DNA of 62,293 nucleotides from Bdellovibrio sp. (lineage in GTDB: Bacteria > Bdellovibrionota > Bdellovibrionia > Bdellovibrionales > Bdellovibrionaceae): contig JAYUPS010000333.1 in the NCBI GenBank assembly GCA_043759945.1, positions 1 through 62,293 on the forward strand, read 5' to 3'. Made by a program: the position numbers and the translations under genes. The notes beneath the pieces are model-generated. The model did no database searches. It saw only the letters and a list, made by a program, of their open reading frames with translations, and was not told the origin of the DNA. Numbering within the stretch: the stretch's first letter is position 1; each line of letters opens with the position of its first letter. Positions 8,504 through 18,144 of this stretch are shown one piece after another.

Positions 8504-10285
8504 TTACAAAAAAGCCGGTTTCAAATTGGCCTTGTCCAGGGCAAAAGCGCAGTTAATGAGACCCACATGACTGTAAGTCTGCGGAAAGTTCCCCCACTGG
8601 CTGAGCGTGTTCGTATCAAAATCTTCCGACATCAAGCCCAAACTATTTTGGGCATTTAAGACTTCCTCGAACAGACCTTGGGCTTCTTCAACAAAACCCA
8701 AGACGGTAAGCGCTTCGATGAACCAAAAGCTACAAACTAAAAAGGCAGATTTTTGTTCACCGAAATCATCTTGGTGCTTGTAGCGCAAGAAAAAACCCGG
8801 AGCGATCTGAAGCTCTTTTTGAATGGCACGCAAATGGTTCGTGGCTTTCGCATGATCTTGGCCGTGGAAGAAACCGAGAGAGATCATCTGAAGCAAGCTC
8901 GCATCAAGCTCTTGAGAACCAACGGCCTGGGAATAGGCCCCGCGCTCGACGCTGTAACATTTTTCAATCATGGCCCGGGCACGCTCTCTGTTTTTTAATG
9001 CGCGTTCCGCCAAGGGCTTGTTTGAAACCATTTTGGCAATCTTTTCGCAGGCGCTGCTCCCGGCCCAATGAAACAACAGAGTGTAGGAATGAACCGCTTT
9101 TTTTCCACGAAATTCCCATACTCCGTTGTCGGGATTTTCCATCGTTTTTTCAATCAAACTTAATAACGTATTCAGAGATTGTTCCGACAATCGACGCCGA
9201 TCCACCAAACGCGCGTCCGTATGCAAATTAAATAGTGCAAGCAAAATTTGTCCATAGGCATCGTGCTGAACTTGCACCGAAGCCGCATTTCCCACCCGCA
9301 CAGGTTGATTGCCCTTGTAACCTGCAAGTTCCAAATTCATTTCGGGCATCTCGGGTTTTCCGTCAATGCAATACACGGGTTGCAAGTTCGAATTTTCCAA
9401 GATGTTTAAGTTCTCGATAAAATGAGCGTACTTTTCCATTTCCTCGAAATGTCCCAAAGAATTCAACGCATGAAGAGTGTAGTAAGTGTCCCGAAGCCAA
9501 CAAAAGCGGTAATCCCAATTGCGACCCTCGCCAGGAATTTCCGGAAGCGCGGTGGTTGTCGCGGCAATGATACCGCCCGTGTCTTCAAATTGATGAAGTT
9601 TCAATGCCAGTGCTGAGCGAATCACTTGCTGCTGAAACATCACCGGCAACTTGCAGCGCTCCACCCAGGTCTGCCAGTACTGAATTGTGCGGGATAAGAA
9701 ATCTTCGAAAGCTGATATCAACGGACCTTCGAGCGGTATTCCCCACGATAAAACCAAATAAAGGTCTTCGGACAAAGAAAACGCCCGCCCCTGGGTGATC
9801 ATGGTTAAAGACGCATTCGTCGTTAATCTGACGGGTGCTTCCAATCCCGTGTAGCGAATATGATTGCTACCCAGAAAAACTTCCGCACGATCGCTTCCGT
9901 AATTTCCCACGGGCTCACATTTAATTTTTATTCGCGGCGCGCCCGAAATACGCCGAATCTTACGAAAGAGCATCAAGGGCTTGTGAAAGCGTTCATTCAT
10001 CAAAAAACGTGGCGCGAAATCAATGACCTCGTAGATACCAGACTCGCACTCAAAGCGAGTTACCAACACATTGGTATTTACGATGTAACGTTGAGAGGAT
10101 TTAAATACCGAATCGTCAGGAGAAATTGAGAATTCACCGCCTTTTTCCTGATCGAGTAAAGAACCAAAGATAAAACTCGAGTCAAACCTTGGCCAGCACA
10201 GCCATCGAATGCTAGCTTGTGCATCGACCAGCCCCGAGAAATGGCAGTTTCCGATAATTCCAAGATCATATTTATGTGACTTCAT
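8504..10285 (-). CDS. glycoside hydrolase family 15 (glucoamylase/trehalase-like)
   Basis: Start is taken at MKSHKYDLGIIGNC (ATG 10285), which is the typical GH15 N-terminus. Motifs are NWDYRFCWLRDTYYTL and GNFPQTYSHVGLI. Confidence 0.8.
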   Translation of the reverse strand: MKSHKYDLGIIGNCHFSGLVDAQASIRWLCWPRFDSSFIFGSLLDQEKGGEFSISPDDSVFKSSQRYIVNTNVLVTRFECESGIYEVIDFAPRFLMNERFHKPLMLFRKIRRISGAPRIKIKCEPVGNYGSDRAEVFLGSNHIRYTGLEAPVRLTTNASLTMITQGRAFSLSEDLYLVLSWGIPLEGPLISAFEDFLSRTIQYWQTWVERCKLPVMFQQQVIRSALALKLHQFEDTGGIIAATTTALPEIPGEGRNWDYRFCWLRDTYYTLHALNSLGHFEEMEKYAHFIENLNILENSNLQPVYCIDGKPEMPEMNLELAGYKGNQPVRVGNAASVQVQHDAYGQILLALFNLHTDARLVDRRRLSEQSLNTLLSLIEKTMENPDNGVWEFRGKKAVHSYTLLFHWAGSSACEKIAKMVSNKPLAERALKNRERARAMIEKCYSVERGAYSQAVGSQELDASLLQMISLGFFHGQDHAKATNHLRAIQKELQIAPGFFLRYKHQDDFGEQKSAFLVCSFWFIEALTVLGFVEEAQGLFEEVLNAQNSLGLMSEDFDTNTLSQWGNFPQTYSHVGLINCAFALDKANLKPAFL

Positions 10286-10319
10286 ACCTGCCACAGACTT
10301 TAAAGGGAGAAAACGGCTT

Positions 10320-12509
10320 TTGACAAAACCAAAGATCATCTTTGTCTCAAATAGATTGCCGTTTAACATCAATGCCAAAACGGGAGAATTAAAGCGCAGC
10401 AGTGGCGGCTTGGTCTCGGCCCTGTTGGGAATTCAGCTGCAGGAGCCCTTTTACTGGTTTGGATTTGAAGTTGATTCTGACATTGCAAAACAGATCGAAT
10501 TGAAATCACGAGCCAAAGAGGCACACCTGCGCGTCGTGCCCGTCGTTTTAGATGAAAAACTGTATGAAAGTTACTACGACCGATTTAGTAACGATGTTCT
10601 TTGGCCCTTGTTTCACTACGAAAGCGAAAACGTTGTTTTTCATCGCCGGGATTGGACCGCGTACGTCGAAGCCAATCAGCAGATGGCCGATAAGATTGCA
10701 AAGATTGCCGGCGAAAACGATGTTGTTTGGATTCATGACTTTCATTTCATGATGCTTCCAAAATTTTTAAAAGAAAAAAAGCCGAATCTTAAAGTTGGAT
10801 TTTTCCTGCACACGCCTTTTCCGAGCGAAGAAATTTTTCGGCAATTGCCCGTGCGCGAAGAGCTCTTAAAAGGATTAATCAAGGCAGATCTTATCGGATT
10901 TCATGAACACTCTTACTTAAGACACTTTAATGTTTCATTGAAGTCCCATTTGGGCGTGGATTCCTCGTTCTTTCACGCCACGGTTAACGGACACAGTTTG
11001 CAGCTTGGTGTTTACCCTATCGGGATCGATAATTTTGGACTGACGAAAAAAGCGTCGACTTCGAAAGTTAAAGCTCTCACCGAGAAATATAAGAATTCGA
11101 TCAAGTCGAGTTTCTTGGTTCTAGGGATTGATCGCCTGGATTATTCCAAAGGACTTAAACTAAAAATGCGGGGGTTTCAGCGCCTGTTGCGCAAGTATCC
11201 GGACTTGCGCGGGCATATTAATCTTTTGCAGGTGGCGGTTCCTTCGCGCATAAAAGTTCCAGCCTACATCCGGCTTAAAAAAGAGATTGAACAATTGGTC
11301 GGCAACATCAACGGCGAATTCGGGCAACCTGGTTATGTGCCCGTACAATATATTTTTAACTCGGTGACCGAAAGTGAACTGTTGGCCCTGTACCGACGGG
11401 CCGAAAGTATTTTGATCACCAGCAAGCGAGACGGCATGAATTTGGTCGCCATCGAATACGCGGTGGCTCAAGATCTGGCCGATCCTGGCACATTGATCTT
11501 AAGTGAATTTGCGGGAGCCGCTTCGCTTTTGGGCGAATCCATTTTTATTAATCCTTGGGACGAAGACTCGATAGCGGATGCACTCTATCAAGCCTTTCAT
11601 ATGCCATTCGAAGAACGCCGCGGGCGTCTTGAATCTTTGCAGTACATGCTTAGCAAATACACATCGACCGAATGGGCTCAATCTTTTCTTCAAGACCTTA
11701 AACAAACCGGAAAGATAAAATTTAAGAACCGATTTACCGAGGTTTTGCCGGAAAATTCTTATGGCTCGGTTCATCGTAAAATGAAGACAACAAAAATGGA
11801 AAAATTATTGATTGATTACGATGGAACCCTCGTGGCTCTGCAGAAGCGGCCTGAATTGGCCGTTCTTTCGGACCAGTTCCGTCAGTGTCTTATTGAATTG
11901 AACAAGACTATTCCGGTTTGTATCGTCAGTGGGCGGAGCAAAACATTTATTGATTCACAATTCCCAGATTGTTCTTTTCCCTTGGCGGCCGAGCACGGGG
12001 GTTTTTACAAAGAGCCCGGCACAGAATGGCGAAGTCGAATATCCTCGGACATTGAATCCTGGTATTCCGAAGTAAAAAAAGTAATGGCGGCCTATGCGGA
12101 GAAAGTTCCGCTTTCGTTTGTCGAGGTCAAAGAGGCCTCGCTAGTCTGGCACTACCGGCAGTCACCAGCTGACTTTGCAAAATATCAAGCCCGTCGCTTG
12201 GATGAAGAATTGCAAGTGGGCTTGGCGAATTTACCTGTCACTATCGCGGCCGGCTCCAAAATTGTTGAGGCAAAAGCAATCGAATGCGACAAAGGGAATT
12301 TTTTAAGATGGATTATGGAACAAGATCAAAGCACAAACTATATTTGTATCGGCGATGATCCGACCGACGAAGATATGTTTCGGATTTTAGATGGTCGCGG
12401 CATAAGCATCAAGGTCGGCGACGGGGACACTTTGGCACAGTACCGCGTTCCGACGCAGCAACACATTTTAGGTTTCCTTCAGAGTTTGGCTCACCCCCAG
12501 CTGCATTAA
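10320..12509 (+). CDS. otsA: bifunctional trehalose-6-phosphate synthase (GT20) / trehalose-6-phosphate phosphatase (HAD) fusion
   Basis: TTG at 10320 lies 8 nt after GGGAG. GT20 motifs are IIFVSNRLPF and GFFLHTPFPSEEIF...DLIGF. The C-terminal HAD motifs are LIDYDGTL and GDDPTDEDMF. Confidence 0.85.
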   Translation: MTKPKIIFVSNRLPFNINAKTGELKRSSGGLVSALLGIQLQEPFYWFGFEVDSDIAKQIELKSRAKEAHLRVVPVVLDEKLYESYYDRFSNDVLWPLFHYESENVVFHRRDWTAYVEANQQMADKIAKIAGENDVVWIHDFHFMMLPKFLKEKKPNLKVGFFLHTPFPSEEIFRQLPVREELLKGLIKADLIGFHEHSYLRHFNVSLKSHLGVDSSFFHATVNGHSLQLGVYPIGIDNFGLTKKASTSKVKALTEKYKNSIKSSFLVLGIDRLDYSKGLKLKMRGFQRLLRKYPDLRGHINLLQVAVPSRIKVPAYIRLKKEIEQLVGNINGEFGQPGYVPVQYIFNSVTESELLALYRRAESILITSKRDGMNLVAIEYAVAQDLADPGTLILSEFAGAASLLGESIFINPWDEDSIADALYQAFHMPFEERRGRLESLQYMLSKYTSTEWAQSFLQDLKQTGKIKFKNRFTEVLPENSYGSVHRKMKTTKMEKLLIDYDGTLVALQKRPELAVLSDQFRQCLIELNKTIPVCIVSGRSKTFIDSQFPDCSFPLAAEHGGFYKEPGTEWRSRISSDIESWYSEVKKVMAAYAEKVPLSFVEVKEASLVWHYRQSPADFAKYQARRLDEELQVGLANLPVTIAAGSKIVEAKAIECDKGNFLRWIMEQDQSTNYICIGDDPTDEDMFRILDGRGISIKVGDGDTLAQYRVPTQQHILGFLQSLAHPQLH

Positions 12510-12804
12510 ATTGATTTTATAAGATCGGTTACTGATACGTCGACTCCTGTGGACGTTGTGGATCAAGGTCATCCCGTCGCTTGGGATCAAACTCCGGGTG
12601 CACGGGCGGCCCAAGGCGAAATTGTTAAAAATGAAGAAATCGAGGAAATCATATAGAAGAATGACAAGGGAACTTTTCATTTCGTTTGCAGTAGTGAGAA
12701 TCTCCCTCATTTTAGTACACGTCCCGACAGCGTTCTGCACTTTGTGCATGATGTAACAGGCTTTCGACACACTGCCCGTTAATTCTAAAAAATCTTCAAT
12801 TGAA

Positions 12805-15000
12805 ATGCCTGAATCCATCAGGCGATATGACAAGCACCTGCAGGAGGCCTTACAAATTCTTAAAACCTATTGCTACAGACATCGAGACGCTTTGTTTGCT
12901 TTGGGTTTTTGTTTAGCCCTGACTTTCGGCGCAACTTACTTTGCTTTTCGAAGCTCCCGTTTAGAAAATGCCGGTCGATTCGATAGAACCGTTTCAAATA
13001 TTTCAAACACCCTTAAAAATCGCATGACTGTTTATATCAATGCGCTTCTGTACACGCGAAATCTTTTTGAGATAAAGCCGAACCTTAACCAAAAAGATTT
13101 CAGCACTTTTGTTAGCGGCATGGCTTTGCCGGAAAATTTTCCCGGCATTCAAACCATGGGCTACGTTTAACGTTTGACCCACCCGGCGGCGATGGATCGA
13201 TTGCGAGAGCTCAAGATTCCGATAATGAATCTGACCCCCAATCGGGGGGACGATAAAATGGACGTTATTTTGTTTGTCGAGCAAATGCAGGACAGCCCAA
13301 TGGCGATCCCTGGAATGGATCTGAGCGTCAGTGCGGAACGAAAATCAGCGATGGATCAGGCTCGTGATTTGGGCGTACCGGTGGCCACAGACCGGGTTAT
13401 ACCCCTGCTGCCCACTTCCTCGCCGACGTTTGCATTTTTAGTTTTCGTTCCCCGCTACTTGCCGGGGGCCGATATTTCTTCGGTCGAAGCTCGTCGGGAA
13501 TCCTTGGTTGGATTTCTGTACGCCGGATTTAGAGCCCCAAATCTTTTTGGGCGCGCGGCTTCCGACGTGCGTTTGCAGAATCCAAATGTGGCGATTCGAA
13601 TTTTTGATGGTGCCGAGAAATCCCCCGAGCGCTTGATGTTTACCGAGGGTGACTTCGTTAACGAGGAAAGTCAGCTGACCCGAGTCACCGAGCTAACGGC
13701 TGCAAATCACACCTGGACGATTGAAGTTGCCGCTCCGAATGGCTTTGGCTTTTCCTATCTTAACTGGTCGCCGTTCTTCGTTCTGGCCCTGGGAATGATC
13801 TTAAGTTTTGCAGTGGCAGCTTCATTATTTAAAAGCGATCTTTTACAAGAACGGGTCCAAGCAGCCCTTAAAGAAGCCGACGAAGCCAATCACGCCAAAA
13901 CTTTATTTTTGGCCAACATCAGTCACGAGATTCGCACTCCGCTGGGGATCATTCTTGGTTTTGCCGAAAATGCTTTGGCTGAAACGGATCCCGAAAAAAG
14001 AACTGGTTTTCTTAAAACCATTCTTCGAAACGGTCGCGAACTGGCACGAATTATCGGCGATGTTTTGGATCTTTCAAAAATCGAAGCTAAGACTTTGCTT
14101 ATCGATACTCAAAGAGTGTCTTTAAAAACCTTGCACGAAGAGCTTCTTGAGATTTATGAGCCCCAAGCCATCGAGAAAGCACTCAAATTCAAGTTGCACC
14201 TGAATAAACTTTTGCCTGACTCTATTATGTCCGACGGCACGCGAATCAAACAAGTGTTGGTGAATTTGCTGTCGAATGCCTTTAAATTTACGGCTGCGGG
14301 TTCGATCGACATTACCGTCGAGCGCCGCAAGATTAAGTCCAACCAAGAAATGTTGGTTTACATTGTTGAAGACACCGGAATCGGCATTCCGATTGAAAAT
14401 CACAAGAGCTTATTTCGATCGTTTTCCCAGGGAGATAGCTCCATCACCCGGCAGTATGGGGGCAGTGGTCTTGGACTAGCGATTTCCCGAGAATTGGCGC
14501 AAGCGTTGGGAGGAGATTTAGTCATTGATGCTCATCCTGTGGGCCAGGGCAGTCGTTTTATCTTTACCCTGCCCCTGGTGGCTTCCGTTGCAAATGAGCA
14601 AAAGCCAAAATCCATCACTTTTGAAGACTCTTTGAAGGGTCGCCGAATTTTAGTGGTCGAAGATTCTTTAGATAATCAATTGCTGTTAGAAATGATTTTG
14701 AAAAAATCAGGCGTTGACGTGACGATTGCAAACAACGGATTTGAAGGCGTAAAACAAGCACTGGCGATGCCCTATGATTTAATTTTGATGGACATTCAAA
14801 TGCCCGTCATGGATGGTTATGCTGCTTTTGAAAATTTGAAATCCAAGGGAGTTCGGGTCCCGGTCATCGCTTTGACGGCGCACGCACTTAAAGATGAGCG
14901 CACAAAAGCTCTTGAAATGGGATTTGTAGCCTACCTGACAAAGCCTATCGATCGGTCCCAGTTGCTCAAGGCCAGCTTGGAAGCCATCGAGTTGACCTAG
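12805..15000 (+). pseudogene. CHASE-domain hybrid sensor histidine kinase / response regulator interrupted by one in-frame TAA (13168-13170)
   Basis: ORFs 12805..13170 and 13174..15000 share a frame. The junction reads PGIQTMGYV*RLTHPAAMDRL inside a CHASE-like periplasmic domain. Downstream lie a TM segment, the H-box SHEIRTPL (13921-13944), an HATPase domain (GGSGLGLAI) and a C-terminal REC domain (LILMDIQMPVMDG). Confidence 0.75.
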
Positions 15001-15021
15001 AACGTTTTAACTTTAAACGTT
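15001..15021. terminator. weak AT-rich hairpin between convergent genes
   Basis: AACGTTT-taacttt-AAACGTT lies between the kinase stop (15000) and the REC gene stop (15025). The stem is short and has no clear U-tract. Confidence 0.25.
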
Positions 15022-15024
15022 TAC

Positions 15025-15555
15025 TTAGCTCTCGTCTTTAGGATCGTCACCGTGTCCCTGTCGTTTACGGTTACGGGACTTGTCGGTGAAGAAATCTTTG
15101 AAATTAAGAAGCGTTCTTAAAACCTCGGCACTGCGAAGAGAACGGACCGGCTTCTGCAAAAGAACCGGGAATTCGTTCTCGTCTTCGCCAATCATCTTTA
15201 CAAAATCAGGCTTGCTGATAGAGCTCGTGAATAAAAACAGGGTTTGTTCTTTTCCGTATTTTCGCCACAAGTCCACCCCGTTTTTATCACCGTCTAAGAA
15301 AATATCTGAGACCACCAAGTCAAAATCTTGACCGAGCAGCCTCTGCTTTTCAATTAATATTTCCGCACCACTTTCAGTGTGCGCCTGTCGAATAATAGCG
15401 TCTTTATCGACCGATCGAATAATAGACTCCCACATCGGATGCATACTGTAGTCGTCTTCGACAACGAGCACCCGCAGCTGACGCTTCTGCGGACGGCGAT
15501 TAAACTGGGCCTTCAGGATCTCCGAAAACTCTCTAATTTCTTGTTGTTCTAACAT
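15025..15555 (-). CDS. single-domain response regulator (REC only)
   Basis: 176 aa. Motifs are RVLVVEDDYSM and DLVVSDIFLDGDKNGVDLW. There is no output domain. Confidence 0.75.
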   Translation of the reverse strand: MLEQQEIREFSEILKAQFNRRPQKRQLRVLVVEDDYSMHPMWESIIRSVDKDAIIRQAHTESGAEILIEKQRLLGQDFDLVVSDIFLDGDKNGVDLWRKYGKEQTLFLFTSSISKPDFVKMIGEDENEFPVLLQKPVRSLRSAEVLRTLLNFKDFFTDKSRNRKRQGHGDDPKDES

Positions 15556-15561
15556 GGGAGC

Positions 15562-16272
15562 CTACTTTTGTACTTCAACCAGACTGTTGATTGCTTTGCC
15601 GTTCATTGACCGAACATGTAGTAAATAGCGACCCGGTTTCATCGCTCCAACGTCCGTATCTTTTTCGAAGTAGAATTTTCCCGCTTTACAATCCGCACGT
15701 TCATCCATTTGGGCAATGGGTTGAACGACCAAAACGTCCGGTTGCACATCGAACTTTACTTCTTTTAAAAACATGCAGCTCGAGGGAAACTCACCCGACA
15801 GCGTTACGATGTTTCCTAGAACACTGCTTCGGAAAAAAGCTTGCGAAATCGGCGCATAAGGAAAATCATCTGGATTTCTGGTGGCCGCTACGGTGGTAAC
15901 CACATCCCCTAAAAAGCTGGATTGACCCTCTTGCTTCACTCTGTAGGTGCCGGATTTCAAAATACCGATATCGACCACGCGGTCAAACGGCAGTAAGACT
16001 TGGATGCACAGACCATCGTATTTGTAAGCAAAAGGTGAAAGGGTAATTAATCTCTGGTCGTGGTCGATACGAACTTTGGTTTCCGCGTTTCGATAGCAAC
16101 CGTTGTTGTAAATGCCTTCACCAACAATTTGGACCCTGTCGTTGCTGTCGAAACCTTGAGCGACGTAAATCTTTCCGAAGTTCACTTTGATTTTAGAAGG
16201 TCCCTGTTCTGCCAATGCAAAGGTATTAAAAAATAATAAACTCGCGGCCAGGCTGGTAAAAATTAATTTCAC
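15562..16272 (-). CDS. hypothetical secreted protein with an internal two-domain duplication
   Basis: GTG at 16272 follows AGGGGA. The signal peptide is KLIFTSLAASLLFFNTFALA. Two similar halves each carry a Cys pair and a G(T/R)Y motif. Confidence 0.6.
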   Translation of the reverse strand: MKLIFTSLAASLLFFNTFALAEQGPSKIKVNFGKIYVAQGFDSNDRVQIVGEGIYNNGCYRNAETKVRIDHDQRLITLSPFAYKYDGLCIQVLLPFDRVVDIGILKSGTYRVKQEGQSSFLGDVVTTVAATRNPDDFPYAPISQAFFRSSVLGNIVTLSGEFPSSCMFLKEVKFDVQPDVLVVQPIAQMDERADCKAGKFYFEKDTDVGAMKPGRYLLHVRSMNGKAINSLVEVQK

Positions 16273-16538
16273 TTTTTCCCCTTTGAAGGTGTTGGAATAG
16301 TTAGTAGCAACTGCAGTGCCACAGTGCATGCCTTGATTGCACAGCGACCAGTGCTCGCTAGTGGTAAATTTCCTCGTTCTTTAGACTTCTAAAGTTTTAA
16401 GGCTAATGTTAGGAACGGGTGTAGGGACTCTCAACGGCAGGAAACAATCTGACAGAACTCGATCCCAAACTTCAAAAAATTCGCGAAGGCTATGGTCCTA
16501 AATACCATCGTATTTACTCGGTTTCATTTCCAATAAAG

Positions 16539-17033
16539 ATGAAGAGCCGGTTGCAGGCCACAATGATTGAACTGCAAACGGATCTGAATGCCCTATCGCC
16601 GCAATTGCTCGCACGGTTTGATAAAGTTCGGGGCGCTCCTGAGAAACTGCAGGTCGATGACGAATTTTTGATCCACATTGCTGGCCCCTGGAATGGACCC
16701 GTGCGTGTCATGGAAGTCACTGAATCGGGTTTCAAGCTCGCCACCCTCGAGGGTCATATGGAGGCCGGTGAAATAGTATTTAACGTCGGCACCAAGAACA
16801 CCAAGGCCGTTTTTGAGATCGAGTCCGTTGCCCGAAGTCGCGATGTGGTCGTGGATTTATTCTACGATAAAATTGCGGTTGCCAAATTTGCACAAACCGA
16901 AATGTGGACCAATTACTGTACGAATTTCGCAGAGAAAGTCTTGGGCAACAAAGACCAGATTCCCCAGACTTGCGGCGACGTCTCCATTTTGACCGAACGA
17001 CAAAATGAAAGTGGTCAATGGGAAACTATTTAA
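16539..17033 (+). CDS. DUF1990-like domain protein (start uncertain)
   Basis: FKLATLEGHMEAGEIVFNV resembles the DUF1990 TL.GHPE.GEE.F core. The open frame extends upstream without an ATG/GTG/TTG. Confidence 0.5.
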   Translation: MKSRLQATMIELQTDLNALSPQLLARFDKVRGAPEKLQVDDEFLIHIAGPWNGPVRVMEVTESGFKLATLEGHMEAGEIVFNVGTKNTKAVFEIESVARSRDVVVDLFYDKIAVAKFAQTEMWTNYCTNFAEKVLGNKDQIPQTCGDVSILTERQNESGQWETI

Positions 17034-17680
17034 GTTGGAATCAGTACCAAGACCAAATTCAATCACTGGCAAAACTTGACTACAATTATGATGAGAAGGT
17101 CTATCACGCCTCGAAAGACAAGCAAGGATGGAACCTGGACAAGTATCAGGCAACACTTTCAAAAGAGCCGCCCGGTGAACCAATAGCCAAAGGGCCCTTC
17201 AATGCCGTTAAAGAAGTAATTATTCTTTATAAATTTTCAGATCCCCGTTTAATTCGGGCTGTTTTTGATCCCAATCAAGATTTGGCCGGCCGAAATATGC
17301 TTTTGCTTGCCAAATTTTTGGGCTTCCATTTTACCTTTGGAGTGCGAATCACTTCGGTCATTGATGAAGTTCGAAAAAACGATAAGGGCGATTCAATTCG
17401 ACTTTGGGGGTACAGTTACCGAACCCTAACGGGACATTTCGAACTCGGTGAAATATGGTTTCAGGTGGAGAAAAATCTAAACACCGGTGAAATTAATTTT
17501 GAAGTTACCAGCTATTCCAAAGCCGATCGTATTCCGAATTTTTTTTATCGCATCGGTTTCAAAATATTTGGACGCTGGCTGCAAAAGTATTTCGTAAAAT
17601 CTTCGATCAAGAATTTACAAAGAGTTGCAGCAGCATCAGCCCAATCCCAAGCATCGACGTCATCCATACCAAAGTTCTAA
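17018..17680 (+). CDS. DUF1990 family protein
   Basis: 220 aa. Motifs are GWNLDKYQATLSKEPPGEPIAKGPF and WGYSYRTLTGHFELGEIWFQVEKN...INFEVTSYSKADR. Confidence 0.65.
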   Translation: MGNYLSWNQYQDQIQSLAKLDYNYDEKVYHASKDKQGWNLDKYQATLSKEPPGEPIAKGPFNAVKEVIILYKFSDPRLIRAVFDPNQDLAGRNMLLLAKFLGFHFTFGVRITSVIDEVRKNDKGDSIRLWGYSYRTLTGHFELGEIWFQVEKNLNTGEINFEVTSYSKADRIPNFFYRIGFKIFGRWLQKYFVKSSIKNLQRVAAASAQSQASTSSIPKF

Positions 17681-17757
17681 TTCCCACCAGGCCAATATAA
17701 GATGAAGACCACCCAAAACAACCACCAAGGTCAGTACAAACATTTCCATGCTCATAG

Positions 17758-18126
17758 CTACTGGTTCATTGTACCTGTGGTCGGATAAGCTTCAGCAGGG
17801 TCAGCACCCATGGCCCGACTTTTCTGGTCCCCAGTTTGGCTACCGGTCTGATAACCGGTCTTTGAATTCCAGTCGGTGGTTGAGTTGTTGCCGCGTTTGA
17901 TAAAGTTGCGTCCCGAATTTTGATTCTGATCGCCTTCGGGCATCGTGCCGGTGTCACTGTTGGTTACGGGATTGTCACTGGCCGTGCGTTCTTTCAATCC
18001 GTTCGTGGTTGTACTGCTGTTGCTACTTGCACTGTTTGGGCTGCTCGCGCTAACCGTTGCCGCAAACAAGGTCACCGCAAATACACAAATAATATTTTCT
18101 TTGCAAAAGATTTCTCTCGTTTTCAT
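17758..18126 (-). CDS. small secreted low-complexity (Ser/Thr/Asn/Gly-rich) protein
   Basis: 122 aa. A signal-anchor-like stretch IICVFAVTLFAATVSA is followed by a hydrophilic low-complexity tail. Confidence 0.5.
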   Translation of the reverse strand: MKTREIFCKENIICVFAVTLFAATVSASSPNSASSNSSTTTNGLKERTASDNPVTNSDTGTMPEGDQNQNSGRNFIKRGNNSTTDWNSKTGYQTGSQTGDQKSRAMGADPAEAYPTTGTMNQ

Positions 18127-18144
18127 TTTTTCTCCTTCAGGTTT

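Noticed and set aside
8753-9798. Chain of five 60-90-aa plus-strand ORFs
   Set aside because: All are antisense to the GH15 gene, which has clear family motifs. This is typical shadow-frame noise.
12468-12833. 121-aa minus-strand ORF (and 66-aa plus ORF) in the ~300-bp gap between otsA and the sensor kinase
   Set aside because: There is no SD, no recognisable motif and odd composition. It overlaps both the otsA 3' end and the kinase start. More likely this is the kinase promoter/leader region. I could not identify an RNA structure there either.
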